IMG/VR virus record: IMGVR_UViG_3300044513_001674
Coordinates: 1 to 37,345 of that record
DNA: 37,345 nt
DNA from: a virus
Taxonomy: Duplodnaviria > Caudoviricetes
Reading direction: 5' to 3' (one strand)
Shown here: positions 24,427 to 33,764 of the stretch, piece after piece
Layout of the letters: each line of letters starts with the position of its first letter
How positions within the stretch are numbered: the first letter of the stretch is position 1
Made by a program: the position numbers and the translations under genes
Notes under the pieces: generated by a model
Told to the model about the DNA's origin: nothing
The model's input: the letters and a program-made list of their open reading frames with translations, nothing else
The model's database searches: none

Positions 24427-26072
24427 TATCGATAATCCCACATATATGACATATCACCATATTCATCAGTATGCCAACGATCTCCATCGGCATCAACAAA
24501 AGAACTATCATCTAAACCATCTATAACAAAACCAAATGGTGCCATGTCTTGTTCCAATTGATTTTTTTGCTCTTCATATAATCTCTTTCTAACATCTTGA
24601 TCTGTTAATTCTTTAAAGTAGTCTTGAGCAACTAACCAAGCATAGATTACGAGACACATTGCCAAGTCATCATTACACCCATCTTCCGCTTCAAATGAAT
24701 TGTGCTTTTGAATAAATGTGGTTAATTCTGCAATAATATCATAATCTTTAAATATTAACTTGTCTTCCTCAATAAGAGTTTTGAGATTCAAACATCCAAC
24801 CTTTTTAACGGTCTTGGACATCTTGACACCAAGTTGTGTTTTCTTTCCAGAGAATCCTTGTCCAACAATTTGTCCTGCCCTTCCTCTCATAGAGCACATA
24901 AGTACATTTGGATATTCTAGATCATAGTTTAAAATAGACGCTACTTGATCTCCAACATCATTGACCTCACATAAAATATATGCCGTATTATAATTCTGTG
25001 CAACCTCATGTATAACACTTGGAAATAGCATAGGTTTAATTTCATTATTCCTATACTTTGCAACTAATCTATGTGGAAATGTAGTTATATCAATTACAGT
25101 AAATGCAGAGTAATCACTACCAACTCCTCTAGCAACATCAACTGTAATTACATAGTTATTTCCTTCTTTAGCATGTTCAAAAACATCTAATCCTTGATGA
25201 CTTATTTGAGGTTGTTCATAAACCATCGTCCTAATTTTGGACGGATTAATTAGAGTGTCAACAGATCCTAAGAACTCACATTCAAACTCTACCTTGAACT
25301 GCTGTTCAGAAGTATTTGCAATTGTTTGTCTCTTCCACGCCTCATCTCTTCCTGGAACATCGCTCCAATGAACTTCAGTTGGAATATATTCGTTCTTTTG
25401 CCTTTCGGCATCGTGCCAAATCTTGTAAAAATGGTTCATACCGTGAGGCGTGCTCACGATAATAACTTTGGTGTTTTTACCAGAAGAGATTGTTGGATAT
25501 ACTGAACTGAAGAATTGATCCGCAATGTGATTTGCAACGAACGCAAATTCGTCCAGGAAGATGATATTATAAGATCCACCACGAACAGCAGATGCTGAGG
25601 TAGATGCTGCGATAATCTTTGACCCGTTCTCTAATTCAAGAGATGCTTTGTTCCATGTCAAAACACCTTGTTGTAACCAACGAGGTAAATTCTCATATGC
25701 AGTTTGCAATCTATCTAAAAGATCTTTCGCTGTAGATGCTTTGTTAGCAAGAATTGCAATATTTACGTTGTCGTTAAAGATTGCATAATGTAATAGATAA
25801 GATACAACAATAGTTGACTTACCAGACTGTCTAGGTAATTTACATACATTAAAACGGTTATGATGGAACCTATCCAACATAACTTTTTGGAATTCGTATG
25901 GTCTAAAATTTTGTAGACCATGATCCAGAGTAACAATCTGGATATAATTCATTGCAAAGTAGACTGGATCATCAATACACCTTGCAAACTCAAGAACTTG
26001 TTCTTCTGTAAATTCTTGAGTTGTATTTGCTTTTTTTAGTAATGGATTACCAAGATAATGATCAACAGACAT
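24426..26072 (-). CDS. g17: Terminase large subunit gp17
   Basis: YLGNPLLK, PRQSGKST Walker A, IFLDEFAF Walker B, VSTPHG, VDVARGVGSDYSAF, DDLAMC. Confidence 0.98.
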   Translation of the reverse strand: MSVDHYLGNPLLKKANTTQEFTEEQVLEFARCIDDPVYFAMNYIQIVTLDHGLQNFRPYEFQKVMLDRFHHNRFNVCKLPRQSGKSTIVVSYLLHYAIFNDNVNIAILANKASTAKDLLDRLQTAYENLPRWLQQGVLTWNKASLELENGSKIIAASTSASAVRGGSYNIIFLDEFAFVANHIADQFFSSVYPTISSGKNTKVIIVSTPHGMNHFYKIWHDAERQKNEYIPTEVHWSDVPGRDEAWKRQTIANTSEQQFKVEFECEFLGSVDTLINPSKIRTMVYEQPQISHQGLDVFEHAKEGNNYVITVDVARGVGSDYSAFTVIDITTFPHRLVAKYRNNEIKPMLFPSVIHEVAQNYNTAYILCEVNDVGDQVASILNYDLEYPNVLMCSMRGRAGQIVGQGFSGKKTQLGVKMSKTVKKVGCLNLKTLIEEDKLIFKDYDIIAELTTFIQKHNSFEAEDGCNDDLAMCLVIYAWLVAQDYFKELTDQDVRKRLYEEQKNQLEQDMAPFGFVIDGLDDSSFVDADGDRWHTDEYGDMSYMWDYR

Positions 26073-26081
26073 GAATTAAAC

Positions 26082-26351
26082 TCAATAAATTGCGATACCT
26101 ACACCTTCGATTGTTCCAGATGCAGTTTTAAATAAATCCGTTGGTTCTTTTCTAAGAGTCACTTCTTTTGATTCGGATACTGCATTGACATAATATCTAC
26201 CAATTTCAGTTCCTAAAGAATTGGTTCTAATAATAGTAGTTGAGGTTAATCCAGATGTGCTGACTTGGAAAAAGGTAATTTCTGTCTGACCATCAAAGTC
26301 AGTTCCAGCAGTTCCAACTGTAGTAATACCAGTTTTTATTTTGATGGACAT
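26082..26351 (-). CDS. Small beta-rich hypothetical protein, probably virion-associated
   Basis: 89 aa, T/G-rich, preceded by an ATAAATA late motif at 26371-26377. Confidence 0.6.
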   Translation of the reverse strand: MSIKIKTGITTVGTAGTDFDGQTEITFFQVSTSGLTSTTIIRTNSLGTEIGRYYVNAVSESKEVTLRKEPTDLFKTASGTIEGVGIAIY

Positions 26352-26370
26352 TTTTACAAAATCTTTTTTC

Positions 26371-26377
26371 TATTTAT
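26371..26377 (-). promoter_or_regulatory. Late promoter (ATAAATA) for the 89-aa ORF and g17
   Basis: ATAAATA at the stop of the upstream gene. Confidence 0.6.
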
Positions 26378-27651
26378 TATCTTTGTTCGATCCAGTTTAA
26401 AACAGCAAGTGCTGCTTTGTTGGTATTAGGAGAAGCACAAGCAAGAGTATAAGTATCACTGATTGTACCAATACCAGATCTTCCAAGTTGCAATGTCGCT
26501 TTACTATCAACATCCACTAAAGAAGCACCACCAGCAATCGTAAATCCTGAGAGGAGTGTTATTCCTCCAGTGACTGCTGTTGCTGTAGTATCATATTGGA
26601 TAAAAGAGTTTGGATCTGGATGGTTTGTCCAATTCGCACCAGTCAAAGTTGCATTCTCAAAAAGTCTCCAATAGACATTCGTATTATCGTTCGTTACTGC
26701 CTGTAGAGATCTCAGTAACATAACTGCCTGAAGTCCAGATACCTTAAGACGCAAACTGATGATTGGATAGAAAGTATTAGCAGTAAGCATCGTTGTCCCT
26801 CCAATGGGATTTGAGATACTCAACAAAGTACCAAGTTTTTCTGGTTCACCTTCTTGGATCAGAGAGTTAGAACCTTGATAGAGATAATGAGTTCCAGCAA
26901 CACCAGTTACATTCTCAATCTCACAACGAATTGGAAGGAATGGACTTCTACACCAAACTAAATCATTGACATTTGAGTTCTCAAATTTATGGCTAGCAAT
27001 AGTCTCATTTTTCATTAACCAATTAAATGTTACACCACCTGCACCATACCATTCATAGTTAATGGAAATCATCTGTTGTTTGGTTGGATCTGCAGTTACA
27101 CCAGTGTATCCGTTACCATCAAACTTTTCACCATTCCAGTTTTCTCTGGTTACTCTTGTTTCTGTGGTGATACCAGATGCACTGCTGCGAATTACATAAG
27201 AATATGTGCCACCATCATCCTCAAAGAAAGCACCATCAGTCTCATTAAACAATCCGAATCTTCTGCGAATACCGACTTGTGGTGTTTCTAGACGAACTGC
27301 AAATGCGAGAGTTGCTGGTCTACCAGGAATGTATCTCATTACATTCTTTGTCTGCCTGACAACCTTACTACCAGCAGTAGATCCAACCTCCATAACCACA
27401 TTACTGGAATTGGGATTATGAGTAGCAGTTGCAACACCAGTGACTCTCTCATCCCAAACATCGGTCTCCTTACCATACTGGAAAGTATTGAAGAAAACTG
27501 TTTGGAAGGGAGCAACCTTTAGTCTGTTATTGTCAGAAAACTGAGGTCTCCAGTCTGTCTGGTTTCCCCAGTGATCTGCGATATTATAAACCTCAAAGAG
27601 ACTTCTCTCTTGGTTTAGAAAGTCTTGTGTATTCTTATTCCACTGTGCCAT
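26377..27651 (-). CDS. Putative virion structural protein (beta-rich, possibly lectin-like)
   Basis: 424 aa, T/G/N-rich; motifs MRYIPGR, RRFGLF, YEWYGAG, PFLPIRCE; lies in a late structural cluster. Confidence 0.6.
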   Translation of the reverse strand: MAQWNKNTQDFLNQERSLFEVYNIADHWGNQTDWRPQFSDNNRLKVAPFQTVFFNTFQYGKETDVWDERVTGVATATHNPNSSNVVMEVGSTAGSKVVRQTKNVMRYIPGRPATLAFAVRLETPQVGIRRRFGLFNETDGAFFEDDGGTYSYVIRSSASGITTETRVTRENWNGEKFDGNGYTGVTADPTKQQMISINYEWYGAGGVTFNWLMKNETIASHKFENSNVNDLVWCRSPFLPIRCEIENVTGVAGTHYLYQGSNSLIQEGEPEKLGTLLSISNPIGGTTMLTANTFYPIISLRLKVSGLQAVMLLRSLQAVTNDNTNVYWRLFENATLTGANWTNHPDPNSFIQYDTTATAVTGGITLLSGFTIAGGASLVDVDSKATLQLGRSGIGTISDTYTLACASPNTNKAALAVLNWIEQR

Positions 27652-27654
27652 GAA

Positions 27655-27975
27655 TCAATCAATCCATTCTAGTTTTGAGGGATGATACCTCTGTGCATTT
27701 TTGATATTAAAATTCTTTTCTTCTACTGGATAAATGTTATGTACAATAGCTCCTGGATATTCTTGCTGGAGTTGTTCACCTAATTCTCTTTTTGATGGTA
27801 GACCAGTTTTAGTAACCATCTCAAGTCTATATAGACTTCCTTTCCACATCACATCTGCAACATAGTTCTCACCGACTTCTTGAGGTTGTTCTTGTTGAGA
27901 GTTGATATAAAGGTTGCCATTAAAGTCGCCAGAAATATTTACTGACTCTGACATAAACTGTTTAAAGTTTTTCAT
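27655..27975 (-). CDS. Putative internal head protein
   Basis: N-terminus MKNFKQFMSE resembles the T4 internal-protein capsid-targeting sequence; its domain is paralogous to a module of the 832-aa ORF. Confidence 0.6.
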   Translation of the reverse strand: MKNFKQFMSESVNISGDFNGNLYINSQQEQPQEVGENYVADVMWKGSLYRLEMVTKTGLPSKRELGEQLQQEYPGAIVHNIYPVEEKNFNIKNAQRYHPSKLEWID

Positions 27976-28427
27976 TTTTTCTTCCTCTTCTTTTTAACTT
28001 CAGTAGCAACGTTAATTGGTTTACCTTTACGATTTGGATTCTTGTCTTTTTTGTTCTTCCTTCTAAATGCACTCTCCTCTTCTTTTTTAGAGAGGTTGCG
28101 CTTCATTTTTGAAGAACCACACTTTGGTTTGGTTTTTTGTCCTGGTTGTTTTGCACAGGGTTTTCCTCCGTATTTACCACCCAATTGAACCCAACCAGGG
28201 GTGCCATCAGAAGAGCGACTCTTGCTAAACCAGTCACGCAAAGAATAATCACCACTTTTGCGCCCCTCTTCGATTTTTTCATCATCTTTTTTATTCAAGT
28301 ATTTTTTTCTAAAGTTATCAAATCCCTCTGGGGGTTGAGATGGTTTTGGTTGTTTTTTGGGTTTGTATTCTCTATAAGGAGAACCACCCTCACTTGCTTC
28401 TGAAATAAACTGTTTAAAGGTTTTCAT
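27972..28427 (-). CDS. Putative basic internal head protein (151 aa, start ATG 28427)
   Basis: MKTFKQFISEA N-terminus; TGATG coupling to the upstream stop; very K/R-rich; SLRDWF...GWV...PC...PKC motif. Confidence 0.6.
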   Translation of the reverse strand: MKTFKQFISEASEGGSPYREYKPKKQPKPSQPPEGFDNFRKKYLNKKDDEKIEEGRKSGDYSLRDWFSKSRSSDGTPGWVQLGGKYGGKPCAKQPGQKTKPKCGSSKMKRNLSKKEEESAFRRKNKKDKNPNRKGKPINVATEVKKKRKKK

Positions 28428-30925
28428 CAGTTGCAATTCCAACGACGAAGTGCTTTATTGATTCTGGAGTCTGGATCTCTTGCAGTTTTTGCAGAGGTCA
28501 GTCTCTTCTTCATACCCTTCATCCTGGAGCAGAATGAAGATCTACGCTTAGCGTCTTTGGATCCAGTTTTAAGTTTAGATGGTTTGGTTGTAACAGCAGT
28601 CTTCAGTTTAGAACCTGGGTTCTCTTTACGATAAGCATTGACTGCCTTTTGACTTAATCCATCCGTTTTATCTTTACGATTGACCTTTTGCCAATCTTCT
28701 TTTTGCTCACCTCTTTCCGCCTCTAATTTAGCAGCGATTGCCATCTGACGACGCTTCTCTTTAGATTTGCCTTTAAATTGTGGAGCATCAGATTTATAGA
28801 AGTCTTTTACAACATCACCCATATCTGCGTTAGCGAGATTCATCTTCTCGCTAACTTCAGACTTTCCCAGGCGATCTTCTTCCTCCTTTCTGACTTTTAA
28901 TGATTCAATGTCTTTTTTGGCTTTTGCAACACCTGCTTTGATTGCGGCACTACCTGCCTTCTTAACTGCTTGTCCAACTTTAGATTCACCAGCACGACGA
29001 CCTGCTTCATGAGTTACTGCTGCTACTTTTGCAACAGTTTTAGCAGTTCCTCCAACGAGTTTTTTGGTTGTCTCGATGTCACGCTTTCCTTTTGCCATTG
29101 CAGCTTTATGACGCTCCATTCCCTTGAGGACTTGTCTTGCAATTCCATCTAGAACGGGTCTCTTTTTAGGTTGTTCCTTTTTAGCAACTTCTGTTGCCGC
29201 TTTTGTTTTTTGTGCAGATGGTTTTTTCTTTGCTGCTTCTTTAGCATCAATCTCTGCTTTTACTTCGGCATAAGACTTAGCACCCTTTTTTGCTTTTTTT
29301 GCTGCTCTTGCTTCAGTAAGATAAGTGTCTGCAGAGAGACCTTCTACAAAATTTACAAACTGATCCAAACCAAGTTCTTCAATAAAAATATCTACACCAT
29401 CTTCATTGATTCCCTCATTAAACAAATACTGTGCAGCAATATCTGCTAATACTTCTTCAGATTTATTGCCCCAGTTATCAGCACCGACTTTGCGGCACTT
29501 AGATAATGCTCCCGATGCATATGCACTTGGCCATACACTATAACGAGATTTTACCTTTTTGTAGCAAGCATCTTTTTCACCTGCTGCTTCATCAACTTCT
29601 TTCTCTTCACCGTGGCACTCACATTCACATCCTTTACCACACTTACCAGCACATTTGGGACAACCCATTTCTTTCTCTTCCTTAGTCACCTTAAACAAAG
29701 GTGAATTGATAGGAGCAAATTGACTTGGAAGATCGTTTCTTACTACACTAAGAACTTTACCGCCAGGATATACCTTTTCAATTTCTAGTTGTGCTTCCTT
29801 TTTAGTTGGCATCTTTGCCTGGGGGAAGAACATTCTGATGTGGTAAGACTTACCTCTCCACATCACAACAACTGCCATAATATGACCAAATTCTGATGGA
29901 AGTCTTACTGCCTCACCAAGTTCCGATTTCACCTTAGCAAGACGCTCTGCTCCAGTTTTTCCCTGGAACTGAGTTCCACTAGTCTTACCTCTACGGACAT
30001 CTTTCTTGTCCTTATTCATCTCATCTCTTTCTCTATGTGCTGCTCTTCTTGCAACATTTCCAGTGTGAGAACTTACATTCCTACCAACACGAAGTTCTGC
30101 ACCTGCATAACCCTGTCTTGCAGTTCTAACTTTTGCTTTTTCTTTGTCAGTTAATCCAGCATCTACTTTTGCTTCTTGCATTTCGGTCTCCTCTTTTTTA
30201 GTATATCCTGCTGCAGCATCAGTGTTATGCTCAGTATCAGTAATTTTTGCTTGAACCCATGCAGGAATGTTCTTCTCTTTAGTTCCTAATTTCTTTTTAA
30301 GATCCTTAATATTCTTTGCAGATTTATCAAGTTGTGCTTGTGCCATTGATACTTCATGATCTTTTTCTTCACCAACAGGAACACAGTTGGGAACCATCTT
30401 TTTACCTTTTTTCTTAAGACCCTTTTGGGTATAACCCTTCCAACACTTCTCAGCAATCTCTTCTGGTTTGATGAGGTCAACTACTTCCATAAACTTATTA
30501 CCAAAAGCATCTTCAATAGAAAGTCCTTCACCAAAATCACCACCTTTACCATTAGTGTTTCCACCATGTTGAGTGGGAGTATCAATTCCAACTTCCTCTG
30601 GTTCTTTATCTCCGCCACTAAACCTAGCGGTCATTTTTAAACCATCAGGAATCTTCTTACACTTTTTATCTGTGTAGCAGTAGTACATGCCTTTGCCACA
30701 CTTTTGCTCACCAAGAATGATATCAACTATTTTAAGACCAGGAACAACTTCTTCATTGGGATTCATTCCCTTTTTGATTGATCCTTTTGGTAAAGATGGA
30801 CCAGTTGTTTTGCTAAGTGCTGCCGTTCTTTCTCCTTCAGTAGCACCGCCCTTTACAAGGTTTCTTACCTTTGCAGCACGAGCGTCTTTTCTTAATTTTT
30901 GGGGATCTATATCGAAACTAGGCAT
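28427..30925 (-). CDS. Large Lys-rich modular protein, putative internal-head polyprotein
   Basis: 832 aa of short basic modules separated by Glu-rich spacers; late motif ATAAATA at 30947-30953. Confidence 0.65.
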   Translation of the reverse strand: MPSFDIDPQKLRKDARAAKVRNLVKGGATEGERTAALSKTTGPSLPKGSIKKGMNPNEEVVPGLKIVDIILGEQKCGKGMYYCYTDKKCKKIPDGLKMTARFSGGDKEPEEVGIDTPTQHGGNTNGKGGDFGEGLSIEDAFGNKFMEVVDLIKPEEIAEKCWKGYTQKGLKKKGKKMVPNCVPVGEEKDHEVSMAQAQLDKSAKNIKDLKKKLGTKEKNIPAWVQAKITDTEHNTDAAAGYTKKEETEMQEAKVDAGLTDKEKAKVRTARQGYAGAELRVGRNVSSHTGNVARRAAHRERDEMNKDKKDVRRGKTSGTQFQGKTGAERLAKVKSELGEAVRLPSEFGHIMAVVVMWRGKSYHIRMFFPQAKMPTKKEAQLEIEKVYPGGKVLSVVRNDLPSQFAPINSPLFKVTKEEKEMGCPKCAGKCGKGCECECHGEEKEVDEAAGEKDACYKKVKSRYSVWPSAYASGALSKCRKVGADNWGNKSEEVLADIAAQYLFNEGINEDGVDIFIEELGLDQFVNFVEGLSADTYLTEARAAKKAKKGAKSYAEVKAEIDAKEAAKKKPSAQKTKAATEVAKKEQPKKRPVLDGIARQVLKGMERHKAAMAKGKRDIETTKKLVGGTAKTVAKVAAVTHEAGRRAGESKVGQAVKKAGSAAIKAGVAKAKKDIESLKVRKEEEDRLGKSEVSEKMNLANADMGDVVKDFYKSDAPQFKGKSKEKRRQMAIAAKLEAERGEQKEDWQKVNRKDKTDGLSQKAVNAYRKENPGSKLKTAVTTKPSKLKTGSKDAKRRSSFCSRMKGMKKRLTSAKTARDPDSRINKALRRWNCN

Positions 30926-30945
30926 CTCTAGAAAACACTTTTTTT

Positions 30946-31368
30946 CTATTTATCTTCCTTTAGGTTTTTAGATTGTGCCTTAATCATTTTGGATAACTCA
31001 GCAGTAGATCCAAAAAACATCGCATTATTTGTTACGTTAGTTGGTCCTTTCTGATCAGCATCTAATTCTTTTAATTTTTTCTGAAGATCAATTAATTTAT
31101 CAGTTGCATCTGCAACATTTTTAATTAACTGACCAACAACCTCATATTGTCTTGGTTGACCACCATCTTGTGCAAGTTCCAAAGCACAATCAAGTGCTTC
31201 TTGACCTTTCTCAATAATTGAATATAGATTGCCTCTTGTATATTCGTAATCTTTGGTTACGTCTTCTTTATCTGATGGTTTTTTTATTTGCTTTTTTTCT
31301 GGTTCTTTCCTTACAATCTCTGCCTCAACATCAAAGGCATCATTTAAATCGCTAAATTTGTCTGGCAT
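30946..31368 (-). CDS. g16: Terminase small subunit gp16
   Basis: DYEYTRGNLYSIIEKGQEA, PRQYEVVGQLIK, TNNAMFFGSTAEL; follows g15. Start placed at ATG 31368 (GTG 31377 possible). Confidence 0.9.
   Translation of the reverse strand: MPDKFSDLNDAFDVEAEIVRKEPEKKQIKKPSDKEDVTKDYEYTRGNLYSIIEKGQEALDCALELAQDGGQPRQYEVVGQLIKNVADATDKLIDLQKKLKELDADQKGPTNVTNNAMFFGSTAELSKMIKAQSKNLKEDK
30947..30953 (-). promoter_or_regulatory. Late promoter (ATAAATA) for the internal-protein block
   Basis: Overlaps the last codons of g16, 21 nt upstream of the 832-aa ORF. Confidence 0.6.
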
Positions 31369-31373
31369 ATTTG

Positions 31374-32348
31374 TCACCCACTAAATCCAAAATCATCACC
31401 TGCTTGAATAGAATCATTATCAGCAGCAGTTATTAGAAGAACACCTGCACCACCAACGTGCTCGTTTGCCCTTGTATTATACATTCCTCTAGTTACTGTT
31501 AAATCATTATTTGTTTTAGATTTTACATATAATGTTTCATCATCTATCGTTATGTAAGATCTGACAGGAATGTTTGTGGAATCATTGACTGCAATAACAG
31601 TGTCTTTATCACTAATATCAACATCTAGATTAGTAATAACATTTCCATTGTATGCCTTTGTTGCTGTTGGAGATTTGTAAATAAGATCTCTCTTTGCTTC
31701 TGGACTTGGATCTCCTCCAGCAAGTCCAACAGAAACTCTGGTAATAACATCTTTGCTTGCTTCTGGAACTGGACCAAACAAGAATGTTTTGGCAGTAAAT
31801 TTTAATGTGTAGAGTAAAACTCTTCTACTAGTATAATCACCATCATAATTATCCTCAAAAGACACACTTTCAAGAGTGATTGGAATATCTCTTTTCTCTC
31901 CTATTGATTCAACCAGATCTATGGATAAATTAAAATTAGGTTGGAAATATGGCAGTATCTGTTCTACAATTTGTAGTGCATCATCATTTAAAAGTGCCAT
32001 GATAGACAGTTCAAAACTCATATTATATGGAACAGGAAAATACATCTTTTTGATGTCTGTTCTATCATCTTTAGATGCTACAGCATATGCTTGAGTTGAT
32101 GCCAGTTTTCTACTAGTATCATAAGACACACCAGTAAATTCAAATGACATTCTTGGTAAACTGATTTGAACTGGTTTATTCAAATCTGGTTGCTGCTCAA
32201 GACGTGCCAAAAACTTTTGAGTGGGACCATATGCAAGAGGAACTTTAATGATTTCTCCACCATCTCTTTTGATGGTTACTCCATTAAAGAGTGTTCCAAA
32301 TCCAATTACGGTTCGTCTAAAAATCTGGTGATAAAAATGATCAAACAT
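31374..32348 (-). CDS. g15: Tail sheath stabiliser / completion protein gp15
   Basis: FGTLFN, VPLAYGPTQKFLARL, LPRMSFE, PVPYN, QIVEQILPYFQP. Confidence 0.95.
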   Translation of the reverse strand: MFDHFYHQIFRRTVIGFGTLFNGVTIKRDGGEIIKVPLAYGPTQKFLARLEQQPDLNKPVQISLPRMSFEFTGVSYDTSRKLASTQAYAVASKDDRTDIKKMYFPVPYNMSFELSIMALLNDDALQIVEQILPYFQPNFNLSIDLVESIGEKRDIPITLESVSFEDNYDGDYTSRRVLLYTLKFTAKTFLFGPVPEASKDVITRVSVGLAGGDPSPEAKRDLIYKSPTATKAYNGNVITNLDVDISDKDTVIAVNDSTNIPVRSYITIDDETLYVKSKTNNDLTVTRGMYNTRANEHVGGAGVLLITAADNDSIQAGDDFGFSG

Positions 32349-32359
32349 AGTGTAACTCC

Positions 32360-33760
32360 TTAGGGGATACCAAATGGATTAGATTCGCTAAAGTCAAGTA
32401 TTTGATCTGCTTCTAATTCAATAGTATCGTTTTGTGCAAACTTATCTTCTGGCACATTAAATGTATTTATGTTTATTGTTGCATACTCTGCACCACTCGA
32501 TTGACCAGCAATAACTTCACCAGGCAAGAATTCTCCTATAATATCTCCTAACTTGAGAACCTGAGTCACTGCATTCCAGGATTTAACTCTTGCTGTTGCA
32601 CTACTTGCTGCCCCAACAACATCTTCATTTGGTATGTAAGTTCCATATCCAACAGTTTGTTGTGGCGCAGAAATGATTATCTGAGGAACCCCTTCATAAT
32701 ATCCACCAGCATCTTCTATAATCAATTCTGTCAATGTACCAAGTCCAGATATTCTTGCTTTTATTCTTGCATCAATCGTTGTACTTCCAATTCCTGGTTT
32801 TACAACAGTAACAGTTGGTATACCGATATAACCACTACCAGCACTTGTTATGGTTACAATACCAATGGCACTATCTGAAATATTTGCTGTTGCATATGCT
32901 CCGCTTCCACCACCGCCATGGAAAGTCACTCTAGGTGCAGATGTATATCCATAACCAGGATCTGCGATATCAACTCTCTGTACTCTTAGTTTATCGGGAC
33001 TTGTTTCGCAAAGATCAATTATTCCGCCAATCATTGATGCGATTCCAACCGCAGTCAATCCACCAGAAGGAGCAGATGTAATTGCTACCCTTGGTGCTTC
33101 ATCATAACCAGAACCTCTTCTAGATACGACAATATTTCTTACAACACCATCTCTGAGACTTGTAATTGCAGTTGCGGTTGAACCCACCCCAACCATACTA
33201 AATGTTTGAATGTAACCTTCATCTATTACATTATCATCGATTTCTGAGATTCCAGTATCAATCTCTTCATCATTATATGCAAATAACTCACATCTTAATT
33301 CATAGACATAATTTTTTTGAAGTTGCCAAAAAGGTTTTTCGTGCTCAACGTACTTGATCTCAAATAATCTATCTCCCAGTGGGAAGTAGATTAAGTCTCC
33401 TTCTTTTGGTCTATTTGTTAGTTTTGTTTTGTTTATCGTTGCTATTTGAGACTCAACTACACTCTCATATCTTTCTTTAGATATGACTAATGTTAAGTCA
33501 TCAATCTCTTGCACTCCAAATTTAGATAAAAGTGTCCCTGCTCCACTAAATCCATCATAGGTATCAATATATGCTTCTAATGGAACGGCAGCAGTAAATT
33601 CCGATCTGGACACTTCTTCCATGATCGTTTTTTCATTTACATAAACTCTGGGAATGTAATATATTTCAACTCCGAACATTTTTAAATGTTCGTTTACTAA
33701 ATCTTGAACCAGATTCTGTTCACCAGAAGATCCGTGTAAGAAAAAAGGATTGAGTGCCAT
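32360..33760 (-). CDS. g14: Neck protein gp14 with inserted Gly-rich repeats
   Basis: LNPFF, GVEIYYIPR, LSKFG, RPKEGDLIYFPL, FEIKYVEHEKPFWQL, LDFSESNPFG. Confidence 0.93.
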   Translation of the reverse strand: MALNPFFLHGSSGEQNLVQDLVNEHLKMFGVEIYYIPRVYVNEKTIMEEVSRSEFTAAVPLEAYIDTYDGFSGAGTLLSKFGVQEIDDLTLVISKERYESVVESQIATINKTKLTNRPKEGDLIYFPLGDRLFEIKYVEHEKPFWQLQKNYVYELRCELFAYNDEEIDTGISEIDDNVIDEGYIQTFSMVGVGSTATAITSLRDGVVRNIVVSRRGSGYDEAPRVAITSAPSGGLTAVGIASMIGGIIDLCETSPDKLRVQRVDIADPGYGYTSAPRVTFHGGGGSGAYATANISDSAIGIVTITSAGSGYIGIPTVTVVKPGIGSTTIDARIKARISGLGTLTELIIEDAGGYYEGVPQIIISAPQQTVGYGTYIPNEDVVGAASSATARVKSWNAVTQVLKLGDIIGEFLPGEVIAGQSSGAEYATININTFNVPEDKFAQNDTIELEADQILDFSESNPFGIP

Positions 33761-33764
33761 ATTA

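Noticed and set aside
24426-26072. Intron or intein in terminase (also considered for g20, uvsW, g46)
   Set aside because: These ORFs are continuous, of ordinary length, and show no intein or endonuclease motifs.
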